A stretch of DNA of 64,000 nt, taken from the NCBI GenBank assembly GCA_032128115.1, contig JAQBHB010000036.1:1-64000 (forward strand), in the 5' to 3' direction. A model generated the notes under the pieces. The model made no database searches. It was not told the DNA's origin and saw only the letters and a program-made list of their open reading frames with translations. Shown here piece by piece: positions 16,583-25,568 of the stretch. The stretch's first letter is position 1, and each line of letters starts with the position of its first letter. A program made the translations under genes and the position numbers. This DNA comes from Deltaproteobacteria bacterium. GTDB lineage: Bacteria > Myxococcota_A > UBA9160 > SMWR01.

Positions 16583-19540
16583 CTACAGGCAGTTGTTGAC
16601 CCCGGAGCTGTCTACGCAGATGGGCAGCTCGTTGCTCTGCGGCCCGCCCGGGTTCTGCACCTGCAGCAGGTAGGTGCCCTCGGGTGACGGCAACGAATCG
16701 AGATTGATTCGGATCAGCTCGGTGCTGCAATAGGGGCCGAACGTGGCTCCGCCCACGTTGCAGCTGCCGTTGCCGGCGATCGAGCTGCAGCACTCGAGGC
16801 TGGCACCCTCGGGCTGCCCGTCGAGCAGGATCACGCTGTCCGAACGCACCCAGGTGCCGGTGATTCCCATGTCCGTCGTGCTGGTGCCGTTGTTGGGCAG
16901 GTGCGGCACGCCCGGATCGCCCGTGTCGCCGCTCCCAGACACCGAGAGCAGCGGCTGCGTATGGGTGGACTTGCCCCAGTTCTCGGGCAGCCGACCCGTG
17001 AGCGTGGCAGTGATGGTGCCCGCCTCGGCCGCCGCCTCCAGCTCCGCGCGGGTGATCTGGATCTGGCCCGCCTGGTAGAGGCCGGTGTCGGCGTCGTATG
17101 AAATGGTGACGGCCGCGCCGTCGACCACGGCCCTGCCCCGCAGGTTGATGGCGCCCCTTGCGTCGGCCGCCTCGAGATCGTCCAGCAGGTCGAGGGCCGC
17201 ATCGGCGCGGGCCTGCACGATCCAGAGGCTCGAGTGCAGGGTCACCTGGCGGCCGGTGGCCCCAGAGGTGCCCGTGCTGGCCTCCTCGAACATCTGGAAG
17301 ATGTCGCCGGGCCCCACGTTGTAGGTGGGGGTGAACACCAGGAAGGCCGCGGCGAAGGTGGTGATCTCCCGGAAGCCCACGCTGGGATTCCACTGCAGAC
17401 TCGGGGGCACCAGACCCGTGCCGGCCGCAAACTCCTGCAACTCTTCCGCCGCGGTCACGCCCATCGAGAACTGCAGGAAGCGATCGGTCATGCCGCGCAT
17501 GGTGGGCGCGTCGAAACCGTTGAGGGTGGCCGAGTTGGTGCCCGCACCCAGGGGAAGCTCGTGGCAGCCCGCATTCGAGTCGGCGCAGGTGTCCGGGTTG
17601 TTGGTGATCCCGCCCTGGTTCATGAAGAAGTCGCGGAAGCCGAGATTCGCGCTGGCCGAGACGCTGTCGTCGACGCGGCGCGCACGCGCCGGCGGATATT
17701 GCACGGACGCCTGGAAGGTGGCCATGTTGTCGCGTTCGGTCGGCGTGAGCTGGTTGCCCCCCGGATTGCACGTGCCCGTCTGGTCGCACATCACCCCGGA
17801 GAGGGCCCCGTCAACCAGGTCGAGGAAGCACAGGTGGTCGCTGTCCGGATCGCCGGACGTAATGGCGCAGTCGGTGCCTCCGTTGCCGCCGCCGCCCACG
17901 GCCCCGTTGCCGCCGCCGAAGGGGTCGCCGAGCACGCCGTCCCAGTGCAGGGGGATCGTGTTCTTGAGGCCGCGAATCGGCATGGTCGAGCGGGGCTCGT
18001 CGTCGCCGGTGCAGGCGCCGAAGAAGCAGGCGCCGCCGATCCGCCACAGCAGCTGGTCGGTGTTGCCGTCCGGGTGACAGCTGGCGCACGCGAACGTGCC
18101 CGTGTCTGAGGCGTTGGCGTCGTTGAAGGCGATGCGGCCCAGACGCACGGCGTCTGGGGTGGGGTCGTTGCCCACGGGGATGGTATCGGTGATCGCGAGG
18201 TTGTCGGGGTCCGAGACGTCCACCACGGACACGCTGTTGTCCAGGGTGTTCAGCACGTAGGCGGTCTCCGGTGCGTCGCCGGCGCCGGAGCGGAGTGCAA
18301 CGCCGCGCGGAATCGCGCCCACGTCGAGAATGTCGCGTACCTCACCGGTGGTGGCATTCACGCTGAACACGCGGCTCGACGCCGCGGCGGTCACCACCAG
18401 GGTCGAGTCGTCGTCGCTGATGGCGATGCCGTAGGGCGTCGCCAGTTGATCGCCCGCCGCCGGGTGGGCCCCGCAACTGGTTCCGCATTCGGGCTCGGGG
18501 AGGGACTCGAGTTCGTGGATGGTGGGCGCGCCGCAGCTGCCGCCATTGCAGTCCACCTCCGCGATCTGGTTCAGGAAGATGCGGTTGTCGAGATCGATCA
18601 GGTTGTCGCCGTCGATTCCGTTCACGGCGTTGCGCGCGTGGGTCTGGGCCACGAAGACCCGGTCGTCGCTGCTGACGGCGATGCCGTACAGCAGGGTGCC
18701 CACGTGCTCCACCACGTCCACCAGGGCGAGCGTTGCGGCGTCGTAGACGTACAGGTCCCGATCCGGAACGTCGGTATCGATGATGATGTTCTTGGTTTCG
18801 CCGGGAAGGTTGGGGTTCGTGGCGAATGCGAAGAGATCGTTCTCGTCCAGCGTGCAGTTCTCGGGTGGCTCGCCGGCGCCGGTGCCCGTGGGGCACGTCG
18901 AGAGCTCCGATTGGTTGCCCGATTCAAAGGCGCTCACGTAGAGGCGGCCGTTGCGAACGGCGATGGCGCGCGGGTCCTGGGCCGTCAGCGCGATGGGGGC
19001 GAGGCCGATATTGTGGCCGCCGATGCCCTGAACCACCACCGCGATCCGGTTCCTGGAAGACAGCGCCACGAAGGCCCGCGTGTTCGACTCGAAGGCGATA
19101 CCCACGGGCTCATCGAAATCGGTGGAGCCGTTGCCGTCGATGTCCTGCACCGTTTCGATCACTTCGTTCAAGAGAGCCGGCCCGAAGGCCGGGTCCGTAT
19201 TGACGATGCTGATGGAGTCCGACAGGTGATTCGCCACCCAGACGCGATTGCCGTCGGGGCGAACGGCGACACTCACCGGCTCGAGGCCGACCTTCAGCTC
19301 CTTGAGCACCTTTTTCGTGGCGGTGTCGATGATGCTGAGGCTGTCGCTGGTGGTGTTGACCACATACAGACGCGAGCCATCGGGCGAAAGGGCAATGGGA
19401 TTCGACTGGGGGCTGGTGAACAGGGCGTGCCCCGGAGGCTCATGGGGGCTCGGGACCGGTTGCTGGCCCGTGCATTTGGCGCCCAGCGCCGACACGGCCA
19501 GTGCAGTGATCAGCGTGAGCATCGCGAACGGGTTGCGCAT
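16583..19540 (-). CDS. Secreted YVTN-type beta-propeller fused to a cytochrome c (peroxidase/MauG-like) region
   Basis: Signal peptide with possible lipobox; YVVN/WVAN/YVLN repeats; CASCHPDG; PLHWDG; second CX6CH. Confidence 0.8.
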   Translation of the reverse strand: MRNPFAMLTLITALAVSALGAKCTGQQPVPSPHEPPGHALFTSPQSNPIALSPDGSRLYVVNTTSDSLSIIDTATKKVLKELKVGLEPVSVAVRPDGNRVWVANHLSDSISIVNTDPAFGPALLNEVIETVQDIDGNGSTDFDEPVGIAFESNTRAFVALSSRNRIAVVVQGIGGHNIGLAPIALTAQDPRAIAVRNGRLYVSAFESGNQSELSTCPTGTGAGEPPENCTLDENDLFAFATNPNLPGETKNIIIDTDVPDRDLYVYDAATLALVDVVEHVGTLLYGIAVSSDDRVFVAQTHARNAVNGIDGDNLIDLDNRIFLNQIAEVDCNGGSCGAPTIHELESLPEPECGTSCGAHPAAGDQLATPYGIAISDDDSTLVVTAAASSRVFSVNATTGEVRDILDVGAIPRGVALRSGAGDAPETAYVLNTLDNSVSVVDVSDPDNLAITDTIPVGNDPTPDAVRLGRIAFNDANASDTGTFACASCHPDGNTDQLLWRIGGACFFGACTGDDEPRSTMPIRGLKNTIPLHWDGVLGDPFGGGNGAVGGGGNGGTDCAITSGDPDSDHLCFLDLVDGALSGVMCDQTGTCNPGGNQLTPTERDNMATFQASVQYPPARARRVDDSVSASANLGFRDFFMNQGGITNNPDTCADSNAGCHELPLGAGTNSATLNGFDAPTMRGMTDRFLQFSMGVTAAEELQEFAAGTGLVPPSLQWNPSVGFREITTFAAAFLVFTPTYNVGPGDIFQMFEEASTGTSGATGRQVTLHSSLWIVQARADAALDLLDDLEAADARGAINLRGRAVVDGAAVTISYDADTGLYQAGQIQITRAELEAAAEAGTITATLTGRLPENWGKSTHTQPLLSVSGSGDTGDPGVPHLPNNGTSTTDMGITGTWVRSDSVILLDGQPEGASLECCSSIAGNGSCNVGGATFGPYCSTELIRINLDSLPSPEGTYLLQVQNPGGPQSNELPICVDSSGVNNCL

Positions 19541-19705
19541 GAAAGGCCTCCCTCAGCACGGCGATCGGAATCGCCACCGTCGAAGCCCCTGGGAGGCCGC
19601 ATTCTAGCGTGCCCTTCGCAGAACTGGGGAAAAGGGACACGGATCCGTCGAAACGCTTCGCTCCGGCCCCGCGGGGGGCGGCCGTGACTGATACGCTTCG
19701 CGGCC

Positions 19706-20332
19706 ATGGCAAAGGCGTCCAATTCGCGCGCCTCGATCGAGCGGCTCTCGAGCGGTGAGGTGGAAATGGCCGCGGGAATGCTGGCCCGGGCATTTCGCGA
19801 CAATCCCTTGAATCGGGCCGTGATCGATTCCGACGACCCGGCGCGCCGCGATCGCTGCAACCTGCACGGCATGCGGGCCCTGCTCCCGGTAGCCAGGCAA
19901 CATGCACAGGTTCTCACGGCCCATGTGGCCGGCCGACTGGCGGGCGCGCTGATCGCGGCGCCTCCCTACGGCTATCCGCTGCCGCCGCCCCCGTGGAGGT
20001 TGCGCCTGCGCTGTCTGCTGGGACAGGGGTGGCGGGTGGGTCATCGCTGGGGCGAGGTGTTCGAGGCCCTGGATTCCCTGCATCCCCTGGAGCCCGTGGC
20101 CTATCTGGGGACGCTGGGGATCGAGCCCGCACTTCAGGGTCGCGGCGCAGGCACGGCACTGCTTTCGGCCTGGGTCGCCGATCTCGATCGGGATGGGCAC
20201 GGGGCCTACCTGGAGACGGACGCGGCAGTCACGGTGGCCTTCTACCAACGGGCCGGCTTCCGGGTGATGGGCGAGTGCCAGGTGTTCGGCACCCCGATCT
20301 GGCGCATGCACCGGGAGCCCGAGACGCACTAG
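19706..20332 (+). CDS. GNAT-family acetyltransferase
   Basis: YLGTLGIEPALQGRGAGTALL, AYLET, FYQRAGF. Confidence 0.88.
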   Translation: MAKASNSRASIERLSSGEVEMAAGMLARAFRDNPLNRAVIDSDDPARRDRCNLHGMRALLPVARQHAQVLTAHVAGRLAGALIAAPPYGYPLPPPPWRLRLRCLLGQGWRVGHRWGEVFEALDSLHPLEPVAYLGTLGIEPALQGRGAGTALLSAWVADLDRDGHGAYLETDAAVTVAFYQRAGFRVMGECQVFGTPIWRMHREPETH

Positions 20333-20372
20333 ACTTCTCGCTTGCCGGGTTGTGCCCGGGTCGGGGGAGTTC

Positions 20373-21239
20373 ATGTTCGGACGAAGACCGGATGCCACGC
20401 TGGTTCGCAAGCTCGGAACCATGCGCCGCTTCATGCCCTACATCTCGCCGCGACGGAACGACTCGGTTTTCCACCTGCCCCAGGACATCGACGTGGAAGC
20501 CGCTCTCGAGTTTCTCGAAAAGCGCAATCGCGAGCGGCCCACCGATCGTCCCCTCAGCCTGTTCCACCTGTTCCTTCGCTCGCTCTCCCAGGCCCACGTG
20601 CTCCGCCCGGGAGTGAATCGCTTCGTAAAGGGCGGAAAGCTCTGGCAGCGGGATGGGGTCTGGCTGTCCTTCAGCGCCAAGCGCGAACTCAAAGACGGCT
20701 CGCCCATGATCACGGTCAAGCGCCGCTTCGAGCCGGAAACCGAGAGCCTGGATGAGATGGCCGACGCCATCTACGACAAGCTGCGGCCGGCGCGTGCGGG
20801 GCGGCGATCCACCAGCGACAAGGAAATGGGGGTGCTGCTGCGCATGCCCGGCTTCGCCATCCGGGCCGCCCTCGGTGTTGCCCGGCTGGCGGACCGCTTT
20901 GGCGTGCTGCCGCTCGGCATGATCGAGAGCGATCCCCTGTTCGCTTCGACCTTCGTGGCCAACCTCGGTTCGGTGGGTCACCCCGCCGGCTTCCACCACC
21001 TCTGGGAGTACGGCACCTGCTCGATCTTCGGAGTGATGGGGCGCATCTGGCACAACGCCCAGGGCCGCCGGACCATGACCGTCTGCTGGACATACGACGA
21101 GCGCATCGAAGATGGGCTCTACTCGGCCATCGGCCTGGCCGGGATCCAGGAGCGGCTCGAGAATCCCGAGCTGCTCGAACTCACCCCCGACAAACTCCCA
21201 GAGCATCACGGCGACCGGGTGGCGGTCGGGAAGGCCTGA
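20373..21239 (+). CDS. Stand-alone 2-oxoacid dehydrogenase E2 catalytic-domain-like protein
   Basis: NLGSVG, TYDERIEDG; no lipoyl domain. Confidence 0.75.
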   Translation: MFGRRPDATLVRKLGTMRRFMPYISPRRNDSVFHLPQDIDVEAALEFLEKRNRERPTDRPLSLFHLFLRSLSQAHVLRPGVNRFVKGGKLWQRDGVWLSFSAKRELKDGSPMITVKRRFEPETESLDEMADAIYDKLRPARAGRRSTSDKEMGVLLRMPGFAIRAALGVARLADRFGVLPLGMIESDPLFASTFVANLGSVGHPAGFHHLWEYGTCSIFGVMGRIWHNAQGRRTMTVCWTYDERIEDGLYSAIGLAGIQERLENPELLELTPDKLPEHHGDRVAVGKA

Positions 21240-21348
21240 GAGGCGAATGGAAAAATTTTTCCTCGTTTGAGGAACGATGCTTCCCATGCCGCTTCGAGAA
21301 TCCTGGCCAACACCCCGCAAATTCAAGTATTTACGAGATGGTTCCAAT

Positions 21349-21364
21349 CGGCACGGAAGTTGCT
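21349..21364 (+). promoter_or_regulatory. Sigma-54 promoter (-24/-12)
   Basis: CGGCACGGAAGTTGCT matches TGGCACGNNNNTTGCW apart from the first base; IHF-like ATTCAAGTATTTA at 21321-21333. Confidence 0.75.
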
Positions 21365-21374
21365 GACCCTCCTC

Positions 21375-21505
21375 CACGACTAGGGTGCTTCCTGGATTCG
21401 GGCCGTAGAGTCCCGCCTGGGAGTACGACGCCGGGCCTTCCCTGGGAAGAGAATTGGCTTTGGTGTCCAGAGGCTCGGCGCGTGCGCCGGGCCTCTGTCG
21501 TGTCT
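21375..21505 (+). ncRNA. Candidate sigma-54-dependent small RNA (or attenuated 5' leader)
   Basis: About 130 nt between the sigma-54 promoter and a 13-bp hairpin (21468-21497); no credible ORF starts inside. Confidence 0.45.
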
Positions 21506-21566
21506 GGCCTCGGCCCCCACCCCATGCGGGCGATTCTCGCGGCAATATGAGATCTTGTTCGCCTTG

Positions 21567-22190
21567 ATGGAATCCACCCTGCGACCCGACGACGGCCGCC
21601 TGGAGCGGGGCCGCCGCAGCCGCAGCCGCATCCGCCAGGCCGCGCGAACCCTGTTCCAGGAGCGCGGCTTCGACGCCACGACCCTGCGGGCCATCGCGGC
21701 CGAAGCTGGCATGGGTGCGAGTTCGATCTATCGCCACGTTCGCAGCAAGGAGGAACTGCTGATTCAGGAGCTGGCGGACGTGCAGGAGGAGGCCTGGAAG
21801 CGCTTCCGCGAGCGCGACGATCGCACGGCCCCCACTCGCGACCGGATCGGCAGCTTCTTCCAGATCCAGCACGATCTGCTCGCCCAGGTCCCGGACCTGA
21901 CCGTGATCGCGCTTCGTGCGAGCACCTATCCCGAGGCCCGGGTGGCCCGCCGGGTCCTGGCGCTCAACGACCGGGCGATCGGACTGCTGGCCGAGATCCT
22001 CCAGGGTGGGCAGGGCCGCCGCGATCTGGACCGCGAGCTGGACGTGCTGACCGCGGCGCGCACCCTGTTCCACGTGGCCAGCGGTGCCCGGCTTTCCTGG
22101 GCAAACGGCCTGGTTTCCGAGGAGGGCTGCCGCGATTCCATCGACGCCTCGGTAACGCTGCTCTTCCGGGGGATCGCAGCCCCCGCTTGA
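21567..22190 (+). CDS. TetR/AcrR-family regulator
   Basis: GFDATTLRAIAAEAGMGASSIYRHVRSKEELL. Confidence 0.9.
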   Translation: MESTLRPDDGRLERGRRSRSRIRQAARTLFQERGFDATTLRAIAAEAGMGASSIYRHVRSKEELLIQELADVQEEAWKRFRERDDRTAPTRDRIGSFFQIQHDLLAQVPDLTVIALRASTYPEARVARRVLALNDRAIGLLAEILQGGQGRRDLDRELDVLTAARTLFHVASGARLSWANGLVSEEGCRDSIDASVTLLFRGIAAPA

Positions 22191-22218
22191 GGTCCGAACC
22201 TCGCCGACCGGAGGATCC

Positions 22219-23778
22219 GTGCCCGCGCCCGACATTCTCGCCCAGCATGCCGAGCGCATGCCCGACCGCACGGCGCTCATCGACGACCGCGGCGACGGCC
22301 GGGTCACCTCGCTCACGTGGTCGGAGTTCAACGCGGATGTGAACCGCGTGGCCCACGCCCTGCTGGCACGGGGCATGCGCCGCGGTGACAAGCTGGTCTG
22401 GTGCGGCATGAACTCCATCGGCGTCGTGCGGGTGATCCACGCGGCGCGCAAGATCGGCGCCACCGCCGTGCCGCTCAACTACCGATTCTCGCCCGATGAG
22501 GCCGCCTACGTGGTGGACCACAGTGATACGAGCGTGGTGGTGGTGGATGCAGAGAGCGCCGAGTTGATCGGTGGCGTGCGCGACCGCACTCCGAAGGTTC
22601 GCGACGTGCTGGTCTTCGACGGGCCTCCGGGCGCCGATATGGTCGATCTGGAGGCTCTGCTCACAGATGCCCCCACGTCCGAGCCCGAGCGGGAAGAGAG
22701 CGACCAGGTCGCCGCCACCATGATCTACACGTCCGGCACCACGGGCAAACCCAAGGGCGCGATTCGCACCGGGCTCGGCGATCACAGCCAGGTGAAGGGG
22801 ATGCTCGCTCTCATCGGCTATCGGCCCGACGACATCTTCCTGACCACGGGGCCCCTGTACCACTCGGGGCCGTGCGGCTTCATGCAGCTCTCCCAGAACA
22901 TGGGACACTCGGTGGTGATCCAGCGCAGATTCGTTCCCGAGGATTGGCTGCGCCTGGTGCACACCCACCGGGTCACCACCACCTTCTCGGCGCCCACGCC
23001 GATCCGGATGGTCTGCAATCTTTCAGACGCGGTGAAGGCCCGCTACGACCGCTCCTGCATGAAGCGAATGATCGCCAACGCGGCGCCCTGGTCGTTCGCG
23101 CTCAAGGAGGCCTACCTGGCCGACTTCCCCGAAGACTCGCTGTGGGAGGTGTACGGATCGACGGAGCTGGGCGTGAACACGATCCTCGAGCCCGCTGACC
23201 AACGCCGCAAGCCAGGCTCGTGCGGCAAGCCAGCGCCCACGGTGGATCTCGTGCTCATCGACGACGCCGGCGCGGAGATCGCGCAGCCCCATGTGCCCGG
23301 CGAACTGTTCGTTCGCAGCAAGACCGTGTTCGAAACCTACTACAAGGCCCACGATCGCTATGAGGAGGATCGCCGGGGCAGCCACCATACGGTGGGTGAC
23401 GTGGCCTACTTCGACGAAGAGGGTTTCTACTACATCTGCGACCGCAAGAAGGACATGATCATCTCGGGTGGGATGAACATCTACCCCGCCGAGATCGAGG
23501 CAGCGCTGGAGCACCACACCTCGATCCGGGACGTGGCGGTCTTCGGGATCCCCAGCGAGGAGTGGGGCGAGAGTGTGCATGCGGTGGTGGTGGTGAGTCC
23601 GGGCGACGAATTGGCCGACGACCAGGTAATTGCTTTCGCGCGCGAGCGTCTGGCCGGCTACAAGATCCCGCGTTCGATCTCGTTCATCGACGAGATTCCC
23701 CGCACCGGCTCCGGCAAGATCCTCAAGCGCGTGTTGCGCGAGCCCTTCTGGAAGGGCCACCAGAGCGGCGTCATCTAG
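22219..23778 (+). CDS. Acyl-CoA synthetase (AMP-forming)
   Basis: YTSGTTGKPKG, YGSTE, GDVAYFD, DRKKDMIISGG, PRTGSGK. Confidence 0.94.
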   Translation: MPAPDILAQHAERMPDRTALIDDRGDGRVTSLTWSEFNADVNRVAHALLARGMRRGDKLVWCGMNSIGVVRVIHAARKIGATAVPLNYRFSPDEAAYVVDHSDTSVVVVDAESAELIGGVRDRTPKVRDVLVFDGPPGADMVDLEALLTDAPTSEPEREESDQVAATMIYTSGTTGKPKGAIRTGLGDHSQVKGMLALIGYRPDDIFLTTGPLYHSGPCGFMQLSQNMGHSVVIQRRFVPEDWLRLVHTHRVTTTFSAPTPIRMVCNLSDAVKARYDRSCMKRMIANAAPWSFALKEAYLADFPEDSLWEVYGSTELGVNTILEPADQRRKPGSCGKPAPTVDLVLIDDAGAEIAQPHVPGELFVRSKTVFETYYKAHDRYEEDRRGSHHTVGDVAYFDEEGFYYICDRKKDMIISGGMNIYPAEIEAALEHHTSIRDVAVFGIPSEEWGESVHAVVVVSPGDELADDQVIAFARERLAGYKIPRSISFIDEIPRTGSGKILKRVLREPFWKGHQSGVI

Positions 23779-24341
23779 GGAATCAGGTCCTCGTCGGCCG
23801 CCACCAGCGCCTGCTGAGCCTCGCGCCAGGCCTCGAACCCGGGCCCGTCCCAGGCCCGGTGATCCCCATTGCGATACGCCTGGGCGTTGCGGTGATAGAG
23901 CCAGGCGTTCATGCGGTTGGCCCGGGAGTTCTCGCGTTCGCGGATGCGTCGGGCCGGCACGCCGGCGATGATCGAATTCGCCGGGAACTCCGCCCCTTCG
24001 GGCACCACCGCCCCGCCGGCCACGATCGAGCCATCGCCGATCACCGCGCCATCCATGATCACGGCGCCGATTCCCACCAGACACGCGGTGCCCAGGCTGC
24101 AGCCGTGGACCGTGGCGTGGTGGGTCACCGAGCAGAAGTCGCCGATCCGTGTGGGGTGGTCGTAGCCCACGTGGATCATCGCGAAGTCCTGGAGGTTGGT
24201 CATGCGCCCGATGCGGATCTCCTGGCACTCGGCCCGGGCCACCACGTTGTGCCACACGGACGCGCCCGCGGCGATCGAGATGTTTCCGTAGAGCTGGGCG
24301 CTCGGGGCGACCCAGACGCTCTCGTGCAGGTCGGGCTTCAC
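23775..24341 (-). CDS. Gamma-carbonic anhydrase family (hexapeptide repeat)
   Basis: NLQDFAMIH, HHATVHG, AGVPAR. Confidence 0.9.
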   Translation of the reverse strand: MKPDLHESVWVAPSAQLYGNISIAAGASVWHNVVARAECQEIRIGRMTNLQDFAMIHVGYDHPTRIGDFCSVTHHATVHGCSLGTACLVGIGAVIMDGAVIGDGSIVAGGAVVPEGAEFPANSIIAGVPARRIRERENSRANRMNAWLYHRNAQAYRNGDHRAWDGPGFEAWREAQQALVAADEDLIP

Positions 24342-25516
24342 GCGGCCTCGAACACGGCGCGAGCGCGCTGGCGCAATTCATCGCTGCAGAGGATGTCGAG
24401 CGCCGTCATGGCCAGGGCCTTCGCCCCGTCGAGCGCCGCAGCCTGGCCCATCTCGGAGCCCGCCCACTTGGTGAACTCCGGGTTGTGGATGGTGCAATGC
24501 ACCGGCGCGGCTGCCAGCATGGGATGGATGGAGGGCACCCGGTGGCTGATGTTGCCCATATCCGTGCTGCCCTGGGCGCTCGCCGGCAGCTTGTCGTAGG
24601 GGAAGAATTCGCGGCCCAGGGATTCGGCGTTGGAACGAAATGCCGAGGCCAGGGGCTCATTGAAGTGGATGTCCAGGTAGTCGGCGGCGCCCCACGAGAT
24701 CGCAACGTCCGCGCCGGTGGCGGCGGAGCCCGCGCGGAAGCAGGCCTCGACCCGACGCTTCAGCGGCGCCAGGGCTTCGGCGTTGGCTGCGCGCACGTAG
24801 AACCGGCCAGACGCCCGCGCGGGTACGATGTTGGGCGCTTCGCCCCCCTCGGTGATGATGCCGTGGATGCGCTCGTCGCGGCCGATGTGCTGACGCAGTG
24901 CCGCTAGCGACTGGTACGCCAGCACCAGGGCGTCGAGCGCATTGATGCCCCGCTCGGGCATGGCGGACGCGTGGGCGGCGCGGCCATGGTAGGTGACGTC
25001 GAGTTCGGCCATGGCGATGCAGGGCATGCTCACCAGGTTGACGCTCGAAGGGTGCATCATGAGCGCGGCGTCCACCCCTTCGAAGGCGCCCTCGCGAGCC
25101 ATCAGTTCCTTGCCGCAGCCGTGCTCCTCGGCAGGCGTGCCCAGCAGCCGCACCCGCCCGGGCAGCCGATCGGCGATCTGGGCGAGGGCCAGAGCGGCAC
25201 CCACGCTGGCCGTTGCAATCAGGTTGTGGCCGCAAGCGTGACCGATCTCGGGCAGGGCGTCGTACTCGGCAAGAAGAGCGACGCAGGGTCTGCTGTCGGC
25301 ACCGAACTCGCTCTGGAAGGCGGTCTCGAGTCCGAAGGCCCCGGCCTCCACCGGGAGTCCGGCATTGCGCAGGGTCGATACCAGCAGCGCGGCGGCCTTG
25401 TGCTCCTGGAACGAGAGCTCCGGATTCGCGTGAAGGCTGCGCGAGATCTCCACCAACCCGGATTGCATGGCGTCGATCGCCCGGCACAGTTCCCGTTTGG
25501 CTTTCGGCAGGTCCAT
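24338..25516 (-). CDS. M20-family amidohydrolase
   Basis: PELSFQE, EYDALP, GHACGHN, GTPAEE, GSTDMGN. Confidence 0.92.
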   Translation of the reverse strand: MDLPKAKRELCRAIDAMQSGLVEISRSLHANPELSFQEHKAAALLVSTLRNAGLPVEAGAFGLETAFQSEFGADSRPCVALLAEYDALPEIGHACGHNLIATASVGAALALAQIADRLPGRVRLLGTPAEEHGCGKELMAREGAFEGVDAALMMHPSSVNLVSMPCIAMAELDVTYHGRAAHASAMPERGINALDALVLAYQSLAALRQHIGRDERIHGIITEGGEAPNIVPARASGRFYVRAANAEALAPLKRRVEACFRAGSAATGADVAISWGAADYLDIHFNEPLASAFRSNAESLGREFFPYDKLPASAQGSTDMGNISHRVPSIHPMLAAAPVHCTIHNPEFTKWAGSEMGQAAALDGAKALAMTALDILCSDELRQRARAVFEAA

Positions 25517-25568
25517 GCCGCGTATTCTAGCCGCTCGCTTGCGGCTACGGCTGGGGCTGCGGCGCGGC

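Noticed and set aside
21338..21550. 70-aa ORF in the sRNA candidate region
   Set aside because: Starts upstream of the sigma-54 promoter, has no RBS and no recognisable features
21546..21559. KstR2-like operator before tetR
   Set aside because: Only one half-site (CTTGTT) matches
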